A stretch of 64,000 nucleotides of DNA. Source: Squalus acanthias (taxonomy: Eukaryota). Of the stretch, positions 23,919 to 35,799 are shown one piece after another (within the stretch, counting starts at the first letter, position 1; each line of letters begins with the position of its first letter). A program made the position numbers and the translations under genes. Location of the stretch: positions 90,026,001 to 90,090,000 of the forward strand of contig CM059432.1 in NCBI GenBank assembly GCA_030390025.1, written 5' to 3'. The notes under the pieces were generated by a model. That model searched no databases, was not told the origin of the DNA, and saw only the letters and a program-made list of their open reading frames with translations.

Positions 23919-24610
23919 GGGCTCGATTTTGTCATTGGGGCGGGCTGGGGTCGTGTCATCCGCTTTTCGTGTTAGCCACCCGACTCCAATTGGATGTGGG
24001 AGAATTATTCGATTTTCCCCTAATTGGGCAATTGAGTTCCAGCATGTGGGAACCCATGACTGAATTAGTTTTTTCAGTCTGAAAGTCGCCTCTGATGATG
24101 TCATCATTGCTGCTGCATTTAAGGTCTGCAAAGACTGGGAACCTTTTGGCCTTTGCTGTGAGAGGGACCTGGAGGCAAAATGAGCAGCAGGAGACCTAAG
24201 TCTGCTCCCAGAATTTTTCTTCTTCTTCTCCTCCTTCTCCTCCTCCTCCTCCTCCTCCTTCATCTCCATCATCTCCATCATCATCTCCATCACATCTCCT
24301 TTTTAATGGTGGACCTGCAGCTGATAGTCAACAATCCAAGTGTGCTACCGCCAGGTTTCACCGTCGTGTTTCAGAGGAGGCGTGCATCACGTCAGAAAAG
24401 TCTTAAAATCAGAAAGGCCTCTCAAAATGGGATTATAGAGGCAATTAAGTGGTTGTTAAGGGCCTATCCCGCCTCATGGAGACGGGATCAGAAACCACGC
24501 ATTTGGGAAAATTGCTCGGAGGCGGGGTCAGGCCCGCCCGCCATTTTTTGCAAGTTTAACACCCCACACGCCTCCATTCCCGCCTCCTCGGGCCTGGCAA
24601 AATCGAGCTC
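23919..24610. mobile_element. Harbinger MITE family D, copy 1 (692 bp)
   Basis: TIRs GGGCTCGATTTTG and CAAAATCGAGCTC; TSD CTG; near-identical to 26546-27303; internal CTT/CTC/CAT microsatellite about 24216-24296. Confidence 0.92.
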
Positions 24611-25070
24611 CTGATATCCAGTTCAGATCACAAGGGGGTCTTATTGTTACACTCCTGGGTTATGCTATATAATTAGATATTGGGCGGTGCGGGCACAGCC
24701 CTGAATGTAAGATTCTCAGTTTGCTCATGGGACAGACCAACACTGCTGTGCACAAGAGAATATCTAAGGGAGGTTCAAAACCTGTAGCAAAGGCCAGGGA
24801 GCAGGCCACCTTCCCGCCCTCCAGGATAGTGTGGGAAAGAAGCGAGAAAGTGAATTTTAAAATGGGGTAACAGAAATAAAAGCTGCTCAGAGAAAAGAGA
24901 ACAACTCAAATGATCATTTGAGCATTTTCATACTGTATAACTTCTAAAAAGTTCATTAGTTTGTGTTGGACTAGCTAAAATAGAGCCAAACAATAATAAA
25001 AATCTGCCTGCAATTTCAAATATTGTCTGTAGTATTTGCCAGTAAGCAGTCATGAGGTCCAAGTAGTTAC

Positions 25071-25405
25071 AAAATCCAAACATAGCCAATTTTGATCTAT
25101 TTGGCTAAATCTGATTTAGCCCAGATTGGATCAATTTTACATTTGGACAACACAAAGTGAGTGGCCAGTTCAGGCAAGGACATATTTGCACTTTAGAGCA
25201 TAGATCATGTGGCTCCAAAGAGCCTAAAGAGGCTTCTAGAGAAAATTAGTAAAGGAATGCAACAAATATCCAGACCAGTTTGCTGTACGCCCAGCTGCCC
25301 CTATCTCCACCCATAACCTGTTTACAGGCAGCTATGGATAAAAAAGCAAATCTGGGCTAACTTAGAAGTAGCCAAATAGATCAGAATTGGACAGATTTGG
25401 ATTTT
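25071..25405. repeat. Diverged inverted repeat with arms of about 57 bp (old MITE-like foldback)
   Basis: AAAATCCAAA..CCAATTTTGATCTATTTGGCTA..TTAGCCCAGATT versus the reverse complement of 25349-25405. Confidence 0.7.
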
Positions 25406-25739
25406 TTAATGGTTTAAACACTTCATCAGGATGAAATTTATACTAGTCGTGTGGAAATACAGTTGGTTATTTAGCAATCAGCCATTTGCATCACTTATTC
25501 TTGTTTGGCGACTGAAGCTACTTTCTTGTTGCACTTAGCTGCTGAATCTACCTCCAGCTACACTTTGAAAAGCGTGTATTTGAATAATTTCTCACAAGTG
25601 CCAGCTAAATATCTAGCAATGGGGCTCATCAGTCGTTTGATTATTACAAGAACATGAGAAAAGTTTAGGACAGTAAAAGGCCATTTAGATCACTGAACGC
25701 GTTGAATAGCAGTCTAACTCTTTTCAATAGTTTATTGAT

Positions 25740-26055
25740 GTTGTCCAGTGAATAGTTGAGCCATACAAACCTGAAAAGTCCCAGTCTGTGCATATTTGAT
25801 TGGACTTAACTGGGGTAGTATTTTTGCCTCGACAACCCAGTGTTAGGGAGGGGGAACTTGGCGCAGGTTCCCAGCTTCAGTATTCTCTATCAACTCTGCT
25901 TAAAGTGTGTGTCTGTGGATATTTGGTGAGGACAGGATCAAGCCTGGTTGCATGCTCCAGTGGTAGAATAGCTTGCCAACACTCCCTATCCAGGCTCATA
26001 TACGAATAATGTCAGTTTCAGCCTGGTACCCATGGAACAATAGCCAGCAAGGAAT
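25740..26055 (+). mobile_element. Old tRNA-type SINE relic
   Basis: Reverse-complement similarity to 43340-43725 (TGAGGACA.GA, AATAGC.TGC, AGGGAGGGG..GGTTCC, GAGCCAT). The tRNA-derived label rests on a weak head resemblance. Confidence 0.55.
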
Positions 26056-26489
26056 CCATCTTGAACTGTATCCAGCAAAGAGACAATCTTAAACTCTATC
26101 CAGCAATGAGTCCATCTTGAACTCTATCCAGCAATGAGTCCATCTTGAACTGTACCCAGCAATGAGTCCATCTTGAACTGTACCCAGCAATGAGTCCATC
26201 TTGAACTGTACCCAGCAATGAGTCCATCTTGAACTCTATCCAGCAATGACTCCATCTTGAACTCTATCCAGCAAGGAGTCCATTTTGAACTGTACCCAGC
26301 AAAGAATCAATCTTGAAGTGTACCCAGCAATGAGTCCATCTTAAACTCTATCCAGCAATGAGTCCATCTTGAACTGTACCCAGCAATGAGTCCATCTTAA
26401 ACTTTATCCAGCAATGACTCCATCTTGAACTCTATCCAGCAAGGAGTCCATCTTGAACTGTACCCAGAAAGGAGTCCATCTTGAACTGT
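26044..26489 (+). repeat. 28-bp minisatellite, about 16 copies
   Basis: Unit CCATCTTGAACT(C/G)TA(T/C)CCAGCAATGAGT, head-to-tail, no spacers. Confidence 0.95.
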
Positions 26490-26545
26490 TATTGGTGCAG
26501 AGCAGGGCTGGCAGATAATGGTTCAAGAGAAGACACTGATGCATT

Positions 26546-27303
26546 GGGCTCGATTTTGTCATTGGGGTGGGCTGGGGTCGTGTCATCCACTTTTCGTGTT
26601 AGCCACCCGACTCCAATTGGATGTGGGAGAATTATTTGATTTTCCCCTAATTAGGCAATTGAGTTCCAGCATGTGGGAACCCATGACTGAATTAGTTTTT
26701 TCAGTCTGAAAGTCGCCTCTGGTGATGTCATCATTGCTGCTGCATTTAAGGTCTGCAAAGACTGGGAAGCGTTTGGCCTTTGCTGTGAGAGAGACCTGGA
26801 GGCAAAATGAGCAGCAGGAGACCTAAGTCTGCTCCCAGAATTTTTCACCACCACCACCACCACTACTCCAGGCTCCAAAGTTCCACAACAATGGTTATGA
26901 CTGCTAAAAGTTCCCCCAGAATGATGATTGATCAAATCTCCTTCTTACTGGTGGACCTGCAGCTGATAGTCAGCAATCCAAGTGTGCTACCGCCAGGTTT
27001 CACCGTCGTGTTTCAGAGGAGGCGTGCATCACGTCAGAAAAGTCTTAAAATCAGAAAGGCCTCTCAAAATGGGATTATAGAGGCAATTAAGTTGTTGTTA
27101 AGGGCCTTAAGGGCCTATCCCGCCTCTTGGAGGCGGGACGGAGACGGGATCAGAAACCACGCATTTCGGAAAATTGCTCAGAGGCAGGATGGAGGCGGGG
27201 TAGGCAGGATGGAGGCGGGGTTGGGCCCGCCCGCCATTTTTTGCAATTTTAACACCCCACACGCCTCCATTCCCGCCTCCTCGGGCCTGGCAAAATCGAG
27301 CCC
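26546..27303. mobile_element. Harbinger MITE family D, copy 2 (758 bp)
   Basis: Perfect 13-bp TIRs GGGCTCGATTTTG and CAAAATCGAGCCC; TSD ATT. Confidence 0.93.
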
Positions 27304-27399
27304 ATTAGGTAAGTGTGCAGAGTACAAGGATGTGACCACATTTGGAAATAATCATGAAGTAAATAAACACATCAGTCGAGAGAGTGTGGAAAAATAGAT

Positions 27400-29075
27400 T
27401 CTCGAAGTTTTATATTTGAATGGTAGGAGTCTTAGGAAAGCCTAGCTGGAGAGGGAAGCTGTGATATAGACATCACAGAAACCTGGTTCAACAATGACAT
27501 AGGTTGGGTAAATATAAAAGGATACAGGTTACTTTGTAGAAATAGAAAAAACAAGCTGGAAGGGGTGTAGCCTTTTATGTGAAAGAGAACTTGATTAAAA
27601 TGGACAAGGACATATGTAGGCTGGTGAAGATTAGATGGAAACCCTGTGCATAGGGATGAGAGACCTGAGGAGACATTAACCAACAGTGGGAGTCTGCTAT
27701 AGACCACCAGGTCAGGATGAAGAATTGGACCAAGTACCTTCCTGTTAAATAAGGGAAGCATGTACAGGAATAATGGATAATTTAAATTCATCAGGGTTAC
27801 ATGGGAAATCTATAAAGGTTCAATAGAAGTGAAGTCAGATCCTGGGTACAATAGTGGATTGTTATATGGAATAATTGGTCAAAAAACCCACACAAGCAAG
27901 GGCACTATTGCACCTGATAAATATCAACCAGAAGATTATAGAGCAGGTCAGAGTCAAAGAACCCCTTGGCAACAGTGACCATTATATGGTGCAGTTTAAG
28001 GTCACGCTTTTGATGGAAAATAGAATAAAGGCAATAGGTATATTAAACTTTGGAAAGGCAGATTAACAGAGGGAGCTCAATAAACTAAAGTGGACAGCAC
28101 TGTTAGAAGGAAAGTGGATCATGTTTAGAAGTAATATAAACAGAGTAAAAACTGATAACTATCACAAGGGAAGGAAGGTAACAGAGAGAAAAGGTCAGGA
28201 TGAGCAACAGTGCAGGGAATAATCGCAAAAAACAGATTGTTCTTTAAAAGTATAAAAGTATGGGTAACATAGTGCATTGAGACAAAATAAAAACAAGGTA
28301 AAAGAGGTTAAGAAATTAGTCCAGGAAGCTAAAATAGGAAATGAAGTTAAGAAAGCAGAGAATATTAAAATAAATGTCCCATAAGTATGTTAACAACAAG
28401 CACATAAAGAAAGGAACAGTGAGCCATTGAAAGATCTGATATCAAGTGACCAAGGGATAATAGATATGCTAAATTTTCTTTTCTGTGTTCATGGAGGTGG
28501 CTATAAGCGGTCTCCCTGGAACAGAAGTTGAATTTCTGGGGTGGGGTAAGAGCGAATAGCATGGAAGAAACTTCAGATAAGGTTGAGCAAGTTAAAGAAA
28601 GACAAAGTCACAGGCCTGCTGAACATCATACAAGGTTACTTAAAGAAGTGGCAAGAAAAAATAGTCGTGTCCTTGCCACTATCTTTGGGGAATCATTAGT
28701 GCCAGAGGATTGGGAAGTAGCGGAACACCAGTTTGTAAAAAAGGGTTACAGGGTTGACCCAGGAAACTACAGGGCAGTGAGCCTAACATGCATTGTGGGT
28801 GAATTATTGGAAGGCAGTCTGAAAGAGGAAATATGGTATAGTTAAAGAATGTCAGTGTAGATTTAGGGAAGGAGGGTCTTACCCAACAAATTTATTGAAC
28901 TTCTTTAAGAAAATGACATCTTGTTGATGTGCTGCGATATATTTAGATTTCAGCAAGGTTTTTGCTTCCGTGCCATACAGGTGATTAGTCTACAAGATAG
29001 GAAGGCATAGAATAGTAGACCAACTTCTAAGGTAGATTAAAATTGGTGAAACAAAAGAAAGCAAAAGGTGGTTGT
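27400..29075 (+). mobile_element. Highly degraded CR1 ORF2 (APE endonuclease to RT start)
   Basis: Residual motifs LYLNGRS, ITETW, GVCYRPP, LGNSDH, VPEDW, DPGNYRAVSLTCIVGELLE, LDFSK. Confidence 0.85.
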
Positions 29076-29337
29076 TACATTTTTGTGTGTAATGCTAGAT
29101 ATTCTACTGTTACTCAGTGTTGCCAACTACTCTCATAAGCAGACCTCATGTTCTCTACAATCCGTAATGTGCCTTTACCTACCCAATATGTAGGTAAACA
29201 ATAGCAAGACCTAGGGATCAAACAGATAACCCTTATCACTGTATCGCAACTTTATTGGAATGTATCACATGCCGCCACATTATTCTCCTCATCTCTGGTG
29301 GGTGGATTGAATATACATTTTGTTAGGCTGGGGTATC

Positions 29338-29600
29338 AGGCTATAAACCAACTGGCAATTTATTTAACGAAGAACAGATAAATGAACAGTATTTATTGCA
29401 AACCGTAGTATTTATAAACTATCCTTCACAGTGTATATATCAAACACAATGAAAGCATTTTCCCAATGCTATCTTTTAACATAACTAGATCCATGAAAAA
29501 AAGTTACTCATTTCTTACATGATGGAACAATGCCACGGAGTCAAACTAGTATAGACTCTGTTGGTTGGTTCGATACTTACTGTAGACGGCCTTTTGAGGC
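29338..29600. repeat. Diverged direct repeat, copy 1 (possible old LTR)
   Basis: Colinear with 31706-31967 (AGGCTATAAA.CAACT..GAACAG.TAA.TGAACAGTATT..ATTTCTTAC..AGTCAAACTAG.A.AGAC.CTGTTGG). Confidence 0.65.
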
Positions 29601-29838
29601 AAACTCATCCAGAGAAGTATTATTCCAAATTCTTTGAAGGTATACTAAAACAAAAGCCCATTCACAAGCAACTGCATTTCCCATAATTAAAGAAGATGGT
29701 TATCCATTGTTTGATAATGAAAAAAATCTGAAATAATTGGAAAGCTAGCTAATTTACTATATAACAGGTACAATCCACTGGCTCTGCATTCAATACACGT
29801 TAACATATTAGACTACTATTTGTTTCAACAGGAACTAA

Positions 29839-30580
29839 GGGCTGGATATTGCCAATGGGGAGCTTTTGGAGGCGAGACTCCCACTTGTCGGGTTTCAGTC
29901 CCGCCTCCATCAACTTCTGGCCAACCTACGCTATTTTCCCTTGATTGACCTTATTAAGCCCGCCCAATGGGCTTAGCAGGCCAATTAAGGGAAAGCTGGT
30001 TACAGAGAACGTCAACGTATGACGTTTCATCTGTCAAAAATTTTTGACAGATGAATTGTCATCGTTTGACAGCTCTGTGAAGCTGTCAAACACTGACATT
30101 TTCTGTAGTTTGATGAGTTCTTGAATTCAAGACCTCATCAAACCTCTTTCTTTTGTAGAAATTAGATGGTTGTTGCATTGGAGAATGCAACGGCCATCTG
30201 TCATCTCTACCGCGGAGGTGCGAGACTCTCCGCATACCCACCAATTGAAACCTGCAGGAAGAAACAAAGGTAAGTAAACTTTTTCTAACACTTTGCACTT
30301 ACCTCAGATACTCACCTCTTCACACTTGCACCCATCACTCACCTCCACAACACACTTTTGCACCACTCTGACCCCCGCAGACCCACTACTCGCCTCGATG
30401 ACCCTGGCGGGTTTCGGAGCCTTCGGGAAGCCCACAATTGTGTGGGCAAAATGGGGATAATCCTCTTATCTGCCTGTTAACTACCTGTTAACAGGCAGTT
30501 AAGTGGCTGTAATCCCTTCCCGTCTCCAAGGAGACGGGACCCAGCGCGGGACGGCTTCCCACCTCCTGGCAAGATGGCAT
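29839..30580. mobile_element. Harbinger MITE (family F, D-like TIR), right end degenerate
   Basis: Starts TAA|GGGCTGGATATTGCC; first 135 bp or so are the inverse of 30672-30805; right end decays at CCTCCTGGCAAGAT. Confidence 0.7.
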
Positions 30581-30594
30581 GAGTCAGACATATA

Positions 30595-30805
30595 GGGCTG
30601 GATTTTGCCAGCCCTGGGGAGGCAGGTTTGGAGGCAGGATTGCCAGGAAAATGGTAGAACTTGGGGGCGGGTGCCCGCTGGGCAGGCTTAACAAGGTCAA
30701 TCAAGGGAAAATAGCGTGGGTTGGCCAGAAGTTGATGGAGGCGGGACTGAAACCCGACAAAGGGAGTCCCGCCTCCAAAAGCTCCCCATTGGCAAAATCC
30801 AGCCC
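30595..30805. mobile_element. 211-bp mini-MITE (family F)
   Basis: Perfect 16-bp TIRs GGGCTGGATTTTGCCA and TGGCAAAATCCAGCCC; TSD ATA. Confidence 0.9.
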
Positions 30806-31705
30806 ATAATAATCAACATTCATCCACTAGACTGAAAATGTGTGTTTCTGTATCTTGCTGAGCCAGCTCACAGAATCCACATGTCTGCACTGTTTCTGGC
30901 AATAAGGAATTCAAATCAATAACCTAATACAGACAAAAAAATATTTTTGTCACATTACTTCCCTCCTTTGAAAATGTCCCTCACATGCATGTCCAGCTCC
31001 TCACTCGTGAGAACAGCATGTACTGTACTTGGCATGCCACTATGGCTTTGAATCCTCCTGGTCTCAGGATTCCATAAGCTACGTGAAAACCTACCCCAAA
31101 AATGTGCAATACCTGGGTCTCCCTCTTTCAAATTTTGTATCTGACAGAATTTAAAAAAAATTATCCTAGATCAGTTGTACTCTTACTTATCAGCCTCACT
31201 GATCACGTTTTCCAGTCAGTTCAAGAGCACATCTACACTACATTGTTTCCTCCGTCTTATATTACTCCTCTTTCTCCTTCCTTGCACCTTGAATTTGTGT
31301 TGAGGTCTGTGTTGTCGTTCTGTGTCCCATCTCTCTCCCTTATGTTCCATTGCATCTTCCAGTATTTGCATTTCTAACTGATACTCCACTCCTGAGCTTT
31401 TTCCTCTACAGCCAACTGGCCAATTCTTCATTTAAATCTTTCTGAACTCTTGTTGTCATTTTTAAATACTGTTGCTTGCAACTGTTCAATACCCTTACAT
31501 TTAAAATGATAAAATAGCCTTAGGTCAGAGTGATAATCAATAATTCTGCAAGCTACCATTTTCTGAGATTTCTGTGGCTCTTCCGCCAAAGTTACGGTGC
31601 ATGAGCAGGAGAACCTTTAAGGAGCTTCACCCCCCCCCCCCCCCGCCCTCCCCTCCCCCGCAACCTTGTCTTTGATTAAATATAACTTTATCAGACTGAG
31701 GCTCA

Positions 31706-31967
31706 GGCTATAAATCAACTACTAATTTTATTTAATATAGAACAGTTAACTGAACAGTATTCAGTGCAAAGCAGTATATGTACAAACCCTGTCATCCTTC
31801 TACATATATCAGAAACAATATACACATTTCCCCAGAGCTATCTATCAATATGACTAGATTCCCAAAAAAAGCAGTTCCTTATTTCTTACGCAGTGGAAAA
31901 CTGCCATGTAGTCAAACTAGCACAGACACTGTTGGCTGAAGACTGGGGGTAGACTGCCTTCTGAAGG
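31706..31967. repeat. Diverged direct repeat, copy 2 (possible old LTR, cut by the following CR1)
   Basis: See 29338-29600. Confidence 0.65.
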
Positions 31968-31969
31968 TT

Positions 31970-34100
31970 TAAATTTAAGCTTACTAACAAGAGACCAGTG
32001 GACTATATAAGGCCAGGAGAGTGTGGAGTTTAACCTCAGCAGGAGTTCAGTTTTCTTGGGAGTTCAACCGTGAGGTACAGTTGGTTTAAAGTTATACTTC
32101 GAGGGGTTAAATCACTAAGTTATTTTGTTGGATTTTATTAAAGCTTCAAACAAAAACATTTTAGTTTAGTATGGTATGGTGGGGGGGCGTGGGCAGCTGA
32201 AGTGTGTGTGCGGTACCTACGTGATGTGGGAGATCCTGGATGCATCAAGTCTCTGCGATGACTATATGTGCAGTTAGTGTCTCTGACTGCTTGTGCTTGA
32301 GATTAAGGCTTCTGAACTTGAGGAGCATCTAATGACATTCCAAAATATTCAAGAGACTGAAGACTTCTTGGAATGGAACTTCCAGTAGATGGTCACCCCA
32401 CAGACTAAGCAAATTACTGAACAAGGGATGACCAATCATCGGAGTAGCAAGAGGAGACAGGACAAGACAGGATGCAGTGAGGGAATCTCCTGAGATTGTT
32501 GAATTAACAAACAGATATGCAGTATTAAATACCTGCAGCAATGGCAATATCTGGAGGAGGGCAACTATAAGCAACAGCGCAATACTGTGGAGCAAGTGGT
32601 TGTGAAAGAGAAGTACAGAATCACAGTAGTAATAGCAGATTCCATTGTCAGGGGAATAGACAAGTCCTTTGTCATCACAACCAAGGATCCTGAATGGTGC
32701 ATTGTCTCACAGGTGTCAGAGTAAGGAATATCACAGAACAGATGCAAAAGATTTTAGAGAGGGAAGTGGAACAGCCAGAGTTGTGGTTCATGTTGAAATG
32801 ACATAGGAAGAAATGGAATTGAAATCCTATAAGGGAAGTTTCAGCTGTATAAATTAAGGAGCAGAAAAATGAGGGTAATAATTTCAGGATTACTCCCAGT
32901 TTCACTAGCTAGTCGGAGTCGGTTAGATACATGACATGAGAGATGGAAGGAAGGAAGGGTTCAGATTCCTTGGACAATGGGACCAGTTCTGGGGCAAGAG
33001 TGGGTATGATATCATAGCATTAACAGACACATCTCTTGGGCTAGTGCTGAGCATTCCATGGAGGGATAGAGTAGGAAAAAAGGGAGGAGGGTGGCAATGT
33101 TAATCAAAGATTCCATTACAAGACGAGAACATAGGGATCATATAGGAGATGGTGCAAAAGCAGAATCTATTTGGTTACAGTTGAGGAATAAGAAGGGAAT
33201 AATTAATCTGTTGGGAGTATATTATAAGCCAAGAGCAGGAGATAGAGGAAGAGAAATGCAGATTAATTAAAGAAAAATGCAGGAAAAACAGGGTCATAAT
33301 AATGGGTGACTTTAATTACCTATAAAATAGACTGAGGTAAGAGTAATGTAAGTCACAAAGATGATGAGGAATTTCTACAATATGCCAGGACTGCTTTCTA
33401 GATCAGTATGCTTTAGTCCATCAAGGAAAGGTCTAGCTCCAGGAAATGAAGTGGGGCAAGTAGTTAATGTACAGGTAGGGGAACATCTCAGAAACAGCAA
33501 CTATAATATAGATAGGTTGATATAAAAATTGAAAAGGAGAGGAAACAGTCAAAGATAAAAGTACTTAACTGGAAAAAAAACTAGCTCAGATAAAACTGGA
33601 AAGAAAAATTGGCAAATAAAACAATCCACAACCAATGGGAAACATTCAGACAGGAGATGATTGGGGTATAGACGAGACATACTCCCACAAGATGTAAAGA
33701 TGGTTCAGCAAAAACTGAAGTTCCTTAGATGTGTAGAAAAAATTAATAAGAGATATAAAGAGAGGCATATGACAAATCTAAGGACTAATAATGCAAAAGG
33801 AAATTGAGCCAAATATAGAAAATATAAACAGGAAGCAAAAAAGGAAATTAGAAAGGCCAAGAGAGGGGTATGAATAAAGCTTGGCAGGTAACATAAGGGG
33901 AAATAGTAAAGATATTATAAATAGATTTTTAAAAATTAAAGAATAATTAGGGCCAATTAGAGATAAAAAAGGAAATCCTCTTGTGGAGGCTGAAGGAATG
34001 CTCAAGATACTGAATGAGTACTTTACCATAGCGTTCACAGGAGTGTGTGGGAGTGGGAATGGAAGGGTGCAAGAAATGGAGTTGTAGAAATTAGGTGGCA
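31970..34100 (+). mobile_element. Degraded CR1 retaining 5' region, ORF1 (Zn-finger/Leu-zipper and SGNH esterase) and ORF2 endonuclease
   Basis: MWEILD..DDYMC..LEIKASELEEHL (about 32225-32330), VVIADSIVRGID, IISGLLPV, GFRFLGQWDQFWGK; then GYDIIALT, IIMGDFNY and LNEYF. Confidence 0.85.
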
Positions 34101-34157
34101 GACGATCCACAGCACGAATGAGGCTGAGGCCCTCAAAATCGGTGCCATTGTTCTTAA

Positions 34158-35706
34158 AGCCGAGATTTTCCCTACCTCGGCGGGTCTGGGGCGGGCGACG
34201 TCAGTGGTGGGTCCCGACCCCGCTGCTGCTGGCTCCATCCCGCTCTGGAAAATGATTTTCCGTTGATAGGGCTTGTTAAACCCGCCCAGCGTGTTTCCTG
34301 GGCCAATTAGAGGAAGCGGGTCTGGTGATGTCATTCATGACGCGTCATCAGCTGGGTTCCTTAAAGGGACCATGGCCAACTTTCTTTTAACATTTGTGCT
34401 GTCAGTGTTCTACAGCATTGAGGTGCTGCAAACACTTACAAAGACTGCACAGAGGTGCAGAGTTGCACCCATGTTCTCCTATGACACCCTCCATAATAAA
34501 ACAGCGGTGGGCAGAAGACACCTCCCCAGGAGATCAAGACAGCTGGTTGCTCATTGCAGAGGAGGGCACAAGCAGGGATGTTGTCAGGAGGACCTGGGTG
34601 CAGTGGTTCAAACCTTTCAATGATCTCATTAGATCACGAAACGTAAGTACAAAGCCACACTCAACTTCATCCTGCTGTGCCTCTCATCACATCCCCATCA
34701 CTCTGCCTTCCCTACCCTACACCTGCACATCCTTACTCACACCAACTTACCTTGCATGTCCATCCATCCCTCTCTATCTACAGCAACCCCTCACACTCAC
34801 CCTCATCCTAGTGCAATCATACCAACTAACAACACACAAGGGTAGTCACTTGGGTGTTTAGCCAATGTTCATGTAAAGCTTCTGTTAATGTGCTGTCAAA
34901 CATTGAAACCTTTATTTTCAACATTTTGCATTCTTGGACAGATTTGTGTGCACCTTTAGAAGTAGCTTAGTGAATGGTGATACATAACAGTACCCCCCGC
35001 AATGGTGGTGGGTGTGAAAGGAATGGCTTGGACATTGTAGGGATGCTTTATGGTGTTGGTGTGGGGTGGTGCCAACCTGGCGCATCATGTGGCAGCCAGG
35101 GTGTATAGCGTCAAGTAAATCTGGCCATGGTGAGGCCATCCCTGGCCTCCCGGGCAGCAATGTGCTCGGGTGCTGATGCTCTCAGTCCTGTACAGCATCA
35201 AGTGATTGCAGTGAAGCTTGGTGTTGTTGTTGGTGCTGCTGGTGTGCCTGGTGCTGCTGGTGTTGGGGCTGATCGTGGTCGGATTCTGAGGACCAAGGTG
35301 AGACAATATAAAGGGCACCCATGTTGATGGAATAGATGGCAGGTGAAGTAGAGATGACAGAAGCATTTTGTCAATGGTGAGAGATTTCTTCCAATGAGGT
35401 GAGAGTGGATGGAGAGTGGAAAGCCTGCAGAATCTCTGCCGGAAATGGACTGAGAAAGGGCTTTTGGCTGAGGAAACTGATGATCTTTCAGGTGGGAGCT
35501 TTTATTGTACATTTGAAGCTGTCAAGTAATCAGCTAGAGCAATGGCCAGTGAATTCCCACCTCAGGTTGACAGCGTGGCTCCCGTGGGCATGAAGTTAAA
35601 GTGAAAAGGTAAGTTAAAAAAGTCCCGACCCGCTGTCAAAAAAAATCAAATTTCCCACCCGACCCACCACCAATCCCACCCGCTGACTCCCCGGAAAATT
35701 CCGGCC
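34158..35706. mobile_element. Harbinger family B, copy 2 (1549 bp, inverted relative to copy 1, further deleted)
   Basis: Termini AGCCGAGATTTTCC and GGAAAATTCCGGCC; TSD TAA; Myb exon 1 remnant (SRDVVRRTWVQ..FNDLIRS) on +; 34900-35575 is the inverse of about 5530-6210. Confidence 0.92.
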
Positions 35707-35799
35707 TAAGTGTTAATTTGTGGACATTTTTTGTGCTGGTGAGCATATATAAGTAAATGGGTTAGAATATTAAAACTAACATCATATTGCAGGTACCCG

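Noticed and set aside
26044..26489. 28-bp array as a CRISPR locus
   Set aside because: Units abut with no unique spacers, there are no cas genes, and the context is eukaryotic.
24180..27397. Paralogous ORFs 24180..24614 and 26807..27397 as a new gene family
   Set aside because: They lie in MITE D copies and run through microsatellite and TIR sequence; similarity reflects DNA identity.
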